From Verrucomicrobiota bacterium (GTDB lineage Bacteria > Verrucomicrobiota > Verrucomicrobiia > Verrucomicrobiales > Akkermansiaceae), in the NCBI GenBank assembly GCA_004293285.1, contig RDYF01000026.1:6812-70811 (forward strand): a DNA stretch of 64,000 nt, in the 5' to 3' direction. Under the pieces are notes generated by a model. It did no database searches. It worked only from the letters and a program-made list of their open reading frames with translations, and was not told the origin of the DNA. The position numbers and the translations under genes were made by a program. This document shows, piece after piece, positions 55,904 to 64,000 of the stretch. Positions within the stretch are counted from its first letter, which is position 1. Every line of letters begins with the position of its first letter.

Positions 55904-56716
55904 ATGAATAAAGCAGCATGGCTCTCCGGCATTGGCACTTTGCTTTTGGCATTCCTTGCGGTCCTCTGGTTCCGCATGGATGACACCAAGCAAACGAGTT
56001 CATCGTCGCTGCGCTCGATGTCGAGCGCCCGACAAAACGCCGGAGCCCATGATGCAACCAGCCGACAGCGCGCCTTCTCTCGCTTTTCGCAACAAAGCGA
56101 AGAAGAGCGCCGCTCGCTGCTGCGCGATGGGGTAAAAGAAGACCCTAACGCAACCGCCGCATGGACGCTCGCCCTGCCTCCGGGCGAACTGCGCGATCAG
56201 GCCATCCAACAAGTCGCCTTGGCTTGGCAAGCCGAAGAGGAACAAGCCGCATGGAACTGGGCTTTATCGCTCGAACCCGCCTCCACTCGCGATGCCACGA
56301 TGATGGCACTCGCCTACGAACTCACTCGCCACGACCCTGCTCTGGCATTCGCCCGCGCCCAATCGATCGCCGAAGGCGCTGCACTTCTCCCCTTGATCGA
56401 ACACATCGTCGCCAACTGGGCACTGCAAGATCCTGCCACGGCATTGACCGAAGTCCGCAATCTTCCCCACGATGACCAACGGCATGCCGCTCTGGTGAGT
56501 CTCACAACCAGTTGGGCTGAGTCCAATCCCGCAGCCGCCGCCACTCTCGCCGTGGAATCGCTGCCCGCAGGCCCGCAACAAAATCGCGCAGTCGCCGCGA
56601 TCGTCCAACGCTGGGCCCAACAAGACCCCGAAGCCGTGGAACAATGGGTCGCCACTTTTCCGGACGGACCCATCAAAGAAAACGCCCTCGAACACATCGA
56701 ACACCTCGCGCATTGA
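55904..56716 (+). CDS. Membrane-anchored helical-repeat (HEAT-like) hypothetical protein
   Basis: The start overlaps the stop of the upstream gene (cct tga ttg atg). One TM helix (WLSGIGTLLLAFLAVLWF). Repeated ...A..W...DP.AA..W motifs. Confidence 0.5.
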   Translation: MNKAAWLSGIGTLLLAFLAVLWFRMDDTKQTSSSSLRSMSSARQNAGAHDATSRQRAFSRFSQQSEEERRSLLRDGVKEDPNATAAWTLALPPGELRDQAIQQVALAWQAEEEQAAWNWALSLEPASTRDATMMALAYELTRHDPALAFARAQSIAEGAALLPLIEHIVANWALQDPATALTEVRNLPHDDQRHAALVSLTTSWAESNPAAAATLAVESLPAGPQQNRAVAAIVQRWAQQDPEAVEQWVATFPDGPIKENALEHIEHLAH

Positions 56717-56744
56717 CCTTCGATCGCTTGAAAAAAAATGCCGC

Positions 56745-59700
56745 TTACGGTGGAGCCGTCGAGGAAACTTGCAGTCGACCGAAAATGCCACGGGCTCTCG
56801 CAGCCGGTACGGTGATGATGACTGTGTCGGTTCCTGCTTGCGGAGTGTTTGACTGAATTTCCACCATACCGCCATGCACGATGGGCACGTCGGTCCAGTC
56901 CTGGAGATTGTTGCTGTATTGAAAAATCTGCGTGGTATCTGCCTGAGCCATGGTCTGTCGGGTAAAGGCAAATACCATATGACCGGACTCCTCGCGCGCC
57001 GAAGGCCACAAGTGGTGCGAGGGTGCTTGGGGATTCCCTCCCAAAACATACTCGAGAATGTTGGCCATGCCGTCTTGATCCTCGTCGCCCAAGGGGCCAC
57101 TGGTGAGCTGATGAAAAGCACGACCCGACCATGTGGCAAAGTCAGCAAAGTCTGGCCCACGAGTCACGGTAAGCGAACCCGTTCCCGAAAGAAATCCCGA
57201 GCCCGCCGCATAGACCCCCGGCGGCAAGGCACGACCATCCACCGTCAGACCGCCAATTCGATCGGTGCCAATGTAGTCGAGATGAAGCATCGCCCCGGCT
57301 GCGACATGGACATCGGCACTGTCGGCCAAATTTGCCGAATTGCTGCCATTTCCTAAATGCAACATGCCACCCTGCACATGCGTCGGACCGCTGTAAGCAT
57401 TCACGCCGCGCAGCACCACTGTGCCATTGCCTCGTTTTTCCAACGACGCCGCACCTAAACCCACCCAGTCCTCGACCGTGCCTGTCACTGTGAGTGTGCG
57501 ACCCGTGCCAACATCCCACGTCATCGCTCCAGCGACGAGCATGCGATTTCCTATCGTTAGATTTTTGCTGTCGGACGCAATCGAAATCCGTCCCCCCAAT
57601 GAGGGAGCGACCCATTGATCCACCATCGCAGGAGCCATGTGAATGATCGCAGAACCGCCGATGTTGATATCGGTGCGCAGACCACTGAGCAGAGAAAGAT
57701 TGCCCCACCCGTGAATGGCGTCGACGCTGATGTTTCCTTGGATCGTATTGATATCAAACTGGTAATTGGCCCACTCAGTCCATGTGTCGTCCAAGTAGTT
57801 GGCAGCCGTGCGGAAATCCGTGTTCGTGTCTCCTTGCCAAATGTGCGTGGTCACAACACGGGAAATGCTCAAGTTGTCGATCCGCGTGATGTTGTAGGAT
57901 CCATTGAAAGGATTGGCGGAGAAGCTGATCCAACCATCGCCAGCCACGAGTTGAGGCAAGACATAGACTCCGACAAGTGTGCCGCCGTTGTAGAGAATCG
58001 CTTTCGATCCATTGCCATCGAACGCGGAGCCTAGACCATCGGTATCGGTGAGTATGATGCGAAAGCTGTTGCTGCTGCGACGAACGATCGGTTGCATCAC
58101 GCCATTAACCCAGACTTGTATGCTACCGTTGAGTGTCGGCAGGATGCCAAACTTCGCTCCATTGCTCACGGCGATGATGTTTTGTCTACTGCCGATGGTG
58201 ATCGAGGACCAGCAATCGCCATTCGACGTATCACTCACGGTAGCGTCGAACTCTAACGAAATCGGCTGCCTCAACGAGTTGGCCATCGAGGAGAAATCTT
58301 CGTTCAAACTCGCACTCGATGCGAATCCCGCATCGCCCACCAACAACATGCTGCCACCATTTCCATGTTGTGCCTGCCAACCTTGACCACCAGTCGTCAC
58401 GCTGTAGGTCGTGGGAGCAAGAAAACCCCGCTGATCGGTGCTCAAACTGTTGTTGAATTCGCCAGCACTGAAGCTCGGAGAATTGAAATCATCGCTCAGC
58501 AACAAAGTGCCACTGCTGCCTGATGTGGCGACGGTGACCGCATGGAGTTGCTCACTGGTAAGCGCGGTGGTGTAAAATTGCACGTCGTCGAGCGAACCCG
58601 CAAACATCGGCATGAGGCTTCCTTCCGAGCGAGCGAGGTAGTGATGCGAAGCCGCTGTCGGGATGTTTTCCGCAAGAAGTTGATCGGGACGCAAGCTGAT
58701 CGGGCCACGCGCTGCCTCGTTGCCGTTGACATACAACACCCCCGTGCTGCCATCGAGCGACACCGCCACGTGTGACCACACTCCTGTGGGCAGGGAAGCG
58801 GTGCTGAGCGTTTGCTCAACTCCGTCACGGGCGATCGAAAATTTCGTTAGACCAGCACCATCGTCTGGCGTGAGGCAGAGTCGACGCGTCGACGAAGCTC
58901 CCAACCACAACACCGCTTGGTTGGCAAGGCCACCCTCCGGTTTCACCCAGGCGGCGAAAGTCCATGCTCGGCTGTCGGCGACACTGCGATCGAGGAGGAT
59001 CGATTGACTGTTGCCATCGAATTGCAGAAAGCCTTTGCGTCGACCATCCGTGAAAGTCCAACGCGGGGTACCCTGAGGGAAGGCATCGACGACGCCATAC
59101 TGATCCAAGACCCGAGAATCGTGCGCTTGGCGAAAATCGTATGCCACATACAGCCCCGTGGGCGTCGTCGTGGTGAAGTTGTCCGGAATCCCGACAAAAG
59201 GCAAATGCCCGAAGGTGACGCCGCCGCTGAGAGACTTGTTGCCCATGTAATCGCCATCGACGATGGCATTGCCACTGAGCGTGCCGCCGACCTGATGAAG
59301 GGCGCTGCCTTTGGCCACGGCATTGCCCTGCATGTCGGCTTCCACCGTGGCATGCTCGAGCACTCGTGCGTTGCCGGAAATGGTGCCGCCATCGACAATC
59401 GCCCAATCGCGCACGCGGGCCTCGTTGGTGACGGTGCCACCTCGCACCCATGCATTGCCGCTAATGATGGCATTGCCTTGGACCGTTCCGCCCGAAACCA
59501 CGGCAAAGTCTTCGATGCGTGCATTGCCACTCACCGAGCCACCGGTCACGCGGGCGTTTGGACCGATGAAAACCGTATTCGGCACCGACACCGATCTCCA
59601 GCCGCCGCCATTGACATGCTGTGTCATGCCTACCGTCGATCCATTGTTGCGCACGCGCGGGGTCGCTCCGGTGATCTGCACTTGGTAGTGAAAACGCGAA

Positions 59701-61535
59701 CGCGATGGATGCGAACGAAAACGAAATGAGGCTTCGTCATGCCCACCATAATGATAGACATCGGGCGTACCCGCCACGGACAAGAACACCCGATTTTCGT
59801 CGGCAGCGAGAGTAATGGATTGCACGCCATGACTCCACAACGGCGTGTAACGCTCCACACCGCCATCGCTCACCGCGATCAACGAAGCGCGCCAATCTGC
59901 CCCGCGCGCGGAGTCGGCCAAGCCCTGCAAATTCACCGTCACCACACGACCAGCACCCGACCCGTTAGGAACTAGCTCGTGCATGGCATACGCACCTTGA
60001 GCCGGCGCTTTGTGCGATGGCACCCGCCACCAGCCCGGAGCATCGGGCCGTTGCAATAGATCGGTGAAAAGATGCCGCGCATTGCGTATCGGATCTTGCA
60101 AGTTGAGCTCAGCCGTCATGGCCGATTGATTGGAGAAATCCCAGGTCGCACATCGCCGCGCGTAGTATCCTGATAGATCTTTCAGCGAAGTCGTCGGAGT
60201 GATCCGATCCAACGCCATCATCGCAAATTCCCCTGGCTGCGTTTCTTGCCAAACACGCTTGATCGTACCTTCGCCGATGTCCGATAGGTTGTCGGGATTG
60301 GTGTCCACGTAGTACATGAACGGCCAAGTGAGATAGTAGTTGCGGCCCGACGACATCATGAAATGACCGTCGCGCACACCAAGAGCTTCGATGTTTGAAC
60401 CGTTGGGATAGAAATCCTGATAGTGCTGAATCCAGCGCTCTCGACCGTAATTGGCATGTGTTTCATACCACTCGCCATGGATATGACCTGAGGCATTGTG
60501 AAACTGAAAAGCGTGCATCAGTTCGTGAGGAATGATCCAAGAGGGAGGGCTCACGCGTAGTCCATCGGGCGTGATGTTCAGATACCCGAGTGCCATGCCG
60601 CCATGATCGTCCACTCCCGCCCAGTAACCGCTGTAGTAGCTGATGACATTGAGCTTGTATGCCGTACCGCTATTGCTGCCGATCGGATACCCGGGCTGGC
60701 GATAGCCGAGAACTTTGGTATACACCTGCCACGCTTCTTCCAAATTGCGCAGTGTGCCGCGCGCCATGTCGGAAGTCCACTCCGCGCGCGCACTGACGCT
60801 GCTATTCCAGATGAATCGAAAGCGCTTGGATTCCAGTGACGACACCGCCGTACCAGCTCCGAACGCAGCACCGCTGGGCGTAGCCCCTCCCGCAGCAGGA
60901 CACTGGGCAGTGAAACGCGGCTGATAAACCAGCGCATTGGGCTCGTCGCCCACGCGAATGTAGTCGATGGCAAAAGCCACGCCCGATGTCGTTCCAGGGG
61001 CGATGCGCAAGTGACTCAACAACGCTCGCCACCAAGGCTCCAAGCCCACATCGATTCGATAGACATGAAATGCGCCGTCTTTCGGAATCATCGCGTTAGG
61101 AATGGTGATCGTCCGCGCCGCATTGAAACCTGACGTGCCAGTGGTGCCGTACCAAATCCGCATGTCACTCGCGAAGTTCGCTGGGACCTGAAAACGGATT
61201 TCCAAAAAATCATTGAACCCCAGATCCAAATCCGCCCGCTCAGCCGCAGGAATGGTCCGCGATAAGGTCGGATTTGTGCCACTGGTAGTGCCCGTAAGCA
61301 CCCCGCTGCCCGCCGTCGCGCCGGTGATTTGACTGGCCGTCCAGCTCTCCAAGGTGCTGCCATTCCACTCGACAGCATAAGTGCCCGATAACGATGTCGC
61401 AGGGTCGACCACGATGGGCAGGTCGATGGCCGACACTGAGCACACGGGCGCGCCCAGGCCCATCAACACGCACGCCATTACGGAGAAACGGACATTTGTG
61501 CGAGCCTTGATGCGACTCGGCAAAGCCCGTGCCAT
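56745..61535 (-). CDS. Giant secreted paralogue of 49283-55900. Domain order: CBM-like module, HExxH zincin-like domain, beta-helix, LamG-type domains, autotransporter-associated beta-strand repeats, C-terminal DEDQDG...ILEY..GGNP domain.
   Basis: HELMH is on the minus strand at 60527-60513 (IIPHELMHAFQFHN...WYETHANYGRE). Long blocks are collinear with the 2205-aa protein (DLDLGFNDFLEIRF..., SKRFRFIWN, AFAIDYIRVGDE, GAGRVVTVNLQG..., RFHYQVQITGATP). The likely start is the ATG at 61535 (MARALPSRIKARTNVRFSVMACVLMGLGAPVCSVSA). The ORF track extends it to 61853. Confidence 0.75.
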   Translation of the reverse strand: MARALPSRIKARTNVRFSVMACVLMGLGAPVCSVSAIDLPIVVDPATSLSGTYAVEWNGSTLESWTASQITGATAGSGVLTGTTSGTNPTLSRTIPAAERADLDLGFNDFLEIRFQVPANFASDMRIWYGTTGTSGFNAARTITIPNAMIPKDGAFHVYRIDVGLEPWWRALLSHLRIAPGTTSGVAFAIDYIRVGDEPNALVYQPRFTAQCPAAGGATPSGAAFGAGTAVSSLESKRFRFIWNSSVSARAEWTSDMARGTLRNLEEAWQVYTKVLGYRQPGYPIGSNSGTAYKLNVISYYSGYWAGVDDHGGMALGYLNITPDGLRVSPPSWIIPHELMHAFQFHNASGHIHGEWYETHANYGRERWIQHYQDFYPNGSNIEALGVRDGHFMMSSGRNYYLTWPFMYYVDTNPDNLSDIGEGTIKRVWQETQPGEFAMMALDRITPTTSLKDLSGYYARRCATWDFSNQSAMTAELNLQDPIRNARHLFTDLLQRPDAPGWWRVPSHKAPAQGAYAMHELVPNGSGAGRVVTVNLQGLADSARGADWRASLIAVSDGGVERYTPLWSHGVQSITLAADENRVFLSVAGTPDVYHYGGHDEASFRFRSHPSRSRFHYQVQITGATPRVRNNGSTVGMTQHVNGGGWRSVSVPNTVFIGPNARVTGGSVSGNARIEDFAVVSGGTVQGNAIISGNAWVRGGTVTNEARVRDWAIVDGGTISGNARVLEHATVEADMQGNAVAKGSALHQVGGTLSGNAIVDGDYMGNKSLSGGVTFGHLPFVGIPDNFTTTTPTGLYVAYDFRQAHDSRVLDQYGVVDAFPQGTPRWTFTDGRRKGFLQFDGNSQSILLDRSVADSRAWTFAAWVKPEGGLANQAVLWLGASSTRRLCLTPDDGAGLTKFSIARDGVEQTLSTASLPTGVWSHVAVSLDGSTGVLYVNGNEAARGPISLRPDQLLAENIPTAASHHYLARSEGSLMPMFAGSLDDVQFYTTALTSEQLHAVTVATSGSSGTLLLSDDFNSPSFSAGEFNNSLSTDQRGFLAPTTYSVTTGGQGWQAQHGNGGSMLLVGDAGFASSASLNEDFSSMANSLRQPISLEFDATVSDTSNGDCWSSITIGSRQNIIAVSNGAKFGILPTLNGSIQVWVNGVMQPIVRRSSNSFRIILTDTDGLGSAFDGNGSKAILYNGGTLVGVYVLPQLVAGDGWISFSANPFNGSYNITRIDNLSISRVVTTHIWQGDTNTDFRTAANYLDDTWTEWANYQFDINTIQGNISVDAIHGWGNLSLLSGLRTDINIGGSAIIHMAPAMVDQWVAPSLGGRISIASDSKNLTIGNRMLVAGAMTWDVGTGRTLTVTGTVEDWVGLGAASLEKRGNGTVVLRGVNAYSGPTHVQGGMLHLGNGSNSANLADSADVHVAAGAMLHLDYIGTDRIGGLTVDGRALPPGVYAAGSGFLSGTGSLTVTRGPDFADFATWSGRAFHQLTSGPLGDEDQDGMANILEYVLGGNPQAPSHHLWPSAREESGHMVFAFTRQTMAQADTTQIFQYSNNLQDWTDVPIVHGGMVEIQSNTPQAGTDTVIITVPAARARGIFGRLQVSSTAPP

Positions 61536-61930
61536 CAAGGCAATGAGGCTTTGTTTCCCGAGAGCATGCCTCAAAATAAAGAAAACCGCTGCCAAAATTC
61601 GGCAAAATCGCCACGCCAACAGCGCACAGCAATCATAGGACACAGGTTTCATCAGAGGGTTCAGGTTCATCACCAGCGCCGCCCCACGACAGGAGCATGG
61701 AAAGCAACGCAAAGCAACAGGGTGGGTTCGAGCAAACAGGCGGGCAATCCCGCAGTGGCGCGAGAAGCTAGTCGCCTCTTGGGTGAGATGCAAGGCATAG
61801 ACGATCACCCAAACGGGTGAATCCATCCGCTCCCTACCGCGCCACTGGGACACAGTCCCGCCCGCCGATTTTTCCCATCGAAGGAGAAAATCACGACAAA
61901 TTTGTCGGACTTTGGACGTAGTTTCTTGTC

Positions 61931-64000
61931 ATGCTCAAAACATTTCTTTTCTTGAGCTTGTGCCAAATCTGCGCTTTGGCCCAAGTCCAGTTTTCCGGAG
62001 TTTATCCTCATCTCGTTCTCTCGAATCGCGAGGGCGAATGCGGACCCGGTGCGGTCGTGCCTTGGGCCGACCGACTCTGGGTCATCACCTACGGCCCCCA
62101 CTTGCCGAAGGGGTCGAGCGATAAGCTCTATGAAATCACCCCCGACTTGCAAAAAATCGTCCGCCCAGAAAGCATCGGCGGCACTCCGGCGAATCGCATG
62201 ATTCACGAGGAATCGCAGCAGTTGTTCATCGGACCTTATGTCATCGATGCCAAGGGCGGCGTGCGCACGATTCCTTACACCACGATGTTTGGTCGTCACA
62301 CCGGCAATGCCCGTCATTTGACGGATCCTGCGGGGAAAATTCTCTTCGCCACGATGGAAGAAGGCATTTACGAAGTGGATGTCAAAACGCTCGAAGTCAA
62401 AGACCTGTGGATCGATGAGCAGTTGGTCAGAAATGGACCACTGAAAAAAGGCGTGCAGGAAAATAAGTCGGGACGCGCGGCGAATTTGCCCGGCTATCAC
62501 GGCAAGGGATTTTACTCGTCGCAAGGTCGCTACGTTTACGCCAATAACGGCGATCACGCGAGTGAAGCGCGCAGCAATCCTCGCGTGCCCAGTGGCGTGC
62601 TGGCGGAATGGGACGGCAAGGCCGATGCCTGGACGGTGGTGCGACGCAATCAATTCACCGAAGTCACTGGCCCCGGCGGCATCATGGGCCGCGCCGATTC
62701 CCCCGATGCCCCCCTATGGGCCATGGGCTGGGATCATCGCTCGCTGTTGCTGATGTGCCTGCATCAAGGAAAATGGCATTCCTATCGCCTGCCGAAGGGC
62801 TCGCACTCGTACGATGGCGCTCACGGCTGGAATACGGAGTGGCCGCGCATTCGCGACATCGGCGAAAAGGATCTGCTGATGACCATGCACGGCACGTTCT
62901 GGCATTTCCCGAAAAATTTCCATCCGCAACAATCGGCCGGTATCACTCCTCGCTCGAATTACCTCAAGGTGGTCGGCGATTTCTGTGAATGGCAGGGCAA
63001 GGTGGTGCTCGGCTGCGACGACACCGCGAAGTCGGAGTTTCTCAACAAACGCTCGGCCAAAGGGGAAATCGCTCCGCCGCGCTCGCAATCGAATCTCTGG
63101 TTCGTGGACCATGATCGACTCGACCAACTCGGCTCGCCCATTGGTCGCGGTGCCGTGTGGCTGAATGATCGCGTGAAGGCCGATGAAGCCTCGGAAGCAT
63201 TTCTGTTTGCCGGCTATCATCATCGCGCTTTGCATCTCCGTCACCAAGGAAATCAGCCGATCCGACTACGCCTGGAGGTCGACCGCAAAGGCAAGGGCAC
63301 ATGGAGCCCGCTCGCCACTGTCACGGCGGCACCAGGAGCGCTGACGACTCATGTGTTTTCTCCGCAAGAAGCAGGAGCATGGGTGCGCGTAGTGGCGCTC
63401 GATGCCGCCGACTCGCTCACCGCCACTTTCACCTATCGCGCGCAAGCTCGTCATCTCAGCCCCGATACCAAGCTCTTCGCTGGTGTGGCCGATGAGTCGA
63501 CGAAAGCCCTCACGGGTGGCCTGATTCGCGCCCTAGATCACGACTCGCTCGCACTCGGCATGGTCGCCACCGATGCCGCTGGCACGCCGACGGGTTACTA
63601 CACGATGAATGCCGACATGAAGCTGGTTCCCAGCACCGATGCCGCCGCATACGACTACGCACAAAAACACACGAAGATTGCGGAAAAGGCCTATCAGATC
63701 GATGACGCTTCGGCCCTGATCATCGATGACAAAGGCCAGCGCTGGCGCTTTCCGCTCAGCGAGATGGCTCGCCCTGCGGGTGAATTTGGCAAAACACGCG
63801 TCGTGCGCGAGGTCGCTACCGAGCGCGATTTCCTCAATCTCGGCGGCTCTTTCTACGAACTTCCTGCCGAAAATGCGGGCGGCTTTGCCATGGCACGACC
63901 CGTCTGCACGCACAACCGCTTGGTTCACGATTTCTGTTCTTGGCATGGCCTCTTGCTCTTCACCGGCATCGATGCCAAGGAGAACAACAACCCCCATGTG
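61931..64000 (+). CDS. Conserved-looking secreted hypothetical protein (partial, 690 codons, continues beyond the window end)
   Basis: ATG at 61931, signal peptide MLKTFLFLSLCQICALAQ. I read all 690 codons to the window edge and found no stop. It is not in the ORF track because it is edge-truncated. I recognise no family. Confidence 0.6.
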   Translation, partial: MLKTFLFLSLCQICALAQVQFSGVYPHLVLSNREGECGPGAVVPWADRLWVITYGPHLPKGSSDKLYEITPDLQKIVRPESIGGTPANRMIHEESQQLFIGPYVIDAKGGVRTIPYTTMFGRHTGNARHLTDPAGKILFATMEEGIYEVDVKTLEVKDLWIDEQLVRNGPLKKGVQENKSGRAANLPGYHGKGFYSSQGRYVYANNGDHASEARSNPRVPSGVLAEWDGKADAWTVVRRNQFTEVTGPGGIMGRADSPDAPLWAMGWDHRSLLLMCLHQGKWHSYRLPKGSHSYDGAHGWNTEWPRIRDIGEKDLLMTMHGTFWHFPKNFHPQQSAGITPRSNYLKVVGDFCEWQGKVVLGCDDTAKSEFLNKRSAKGEIAPPRSQSNLWFVDHDRLDQLGSPIGRGAVWLNDRVKADEASEAFLFAGYHHRALHLRHQGNQPIRLRLEVDRKGKGTWSPLATVTAAPGALTTHVFSPQEAGAWVRVVALDAADSLTATFTYRAQARHLSPDTKLFAGVADESTKALTGGLIRALDHDSLALGMVATDAAGTPTGYYTMNADMKLVPSTDAAAYDYAQKHTKIAEKAYQIDDASALIIDDKGQRWRFPLSEMARPAGEFGKTRVVREVATERDFLNLGGSFYELPAENAGGFAMARPVCTHNRLVHDFCSWHGLLLFTGIDAKENNNPHV

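Overview
Moderately GC-rich bacterial chromosome segment (hand-counted 60-nt lines are about 57 % GC). The gene content looks PVC/Verrucomicrobia-like: a PVC-type heme-binding dehydrogenase, a PEP-CTERM protein, and giant proteins rich in autotransporter-associated beta-strand repeats. All homology calls come from reading the translations and from memory, because no searches were run. I call 36 protein-coding genes, mostly on the minus strand up to about 45.5 kb. I saw no rRNA, tRNA or CRISPR array. Housekeeping genes are carB, lptD-like, panD, two cysK paralogues, rluD, rimO, dedA and a SWIM-SNF2 helicase. Four things stand out. (1) About 10.5-32.3 kb is a tightly packed 22-kb minus-strand operon. 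It combines a two-partner secretion pair (TpsB plus a 3733-aa PdtA-like TpsA) with its own ExbB(DUF2341/LamG fusion)-ExbD-TonB motor, a second outer-membrane beta-barrel, a parvulin PPIase, a coiled-coil periplasmic protein and two secreted proteins. This looks like a Ton-energised TPS/surface-fibre system with no described function. (2) A complete REPtron (RAYT Y1 transposase flanked by inverted REP hairpin doublets) sits precisely and in-frame inside carB without breaking the reading frame. (3) A 181-bp compound heptanucleotide repeat lies upstream of lptD. (4) Two convergent giant paralogues (2205 and about 1600 aa) share a CBM-like + HExxH zincin + beta-helix + LamG N-terminal module. Smaller oddities are a low-GC islet with a PEP-CTERM gene whose ORF reads through its own terminator, a probable out-of-frame truncation of a cytochrome c tail, and an orphan plus-strand terminator-like hairpin.
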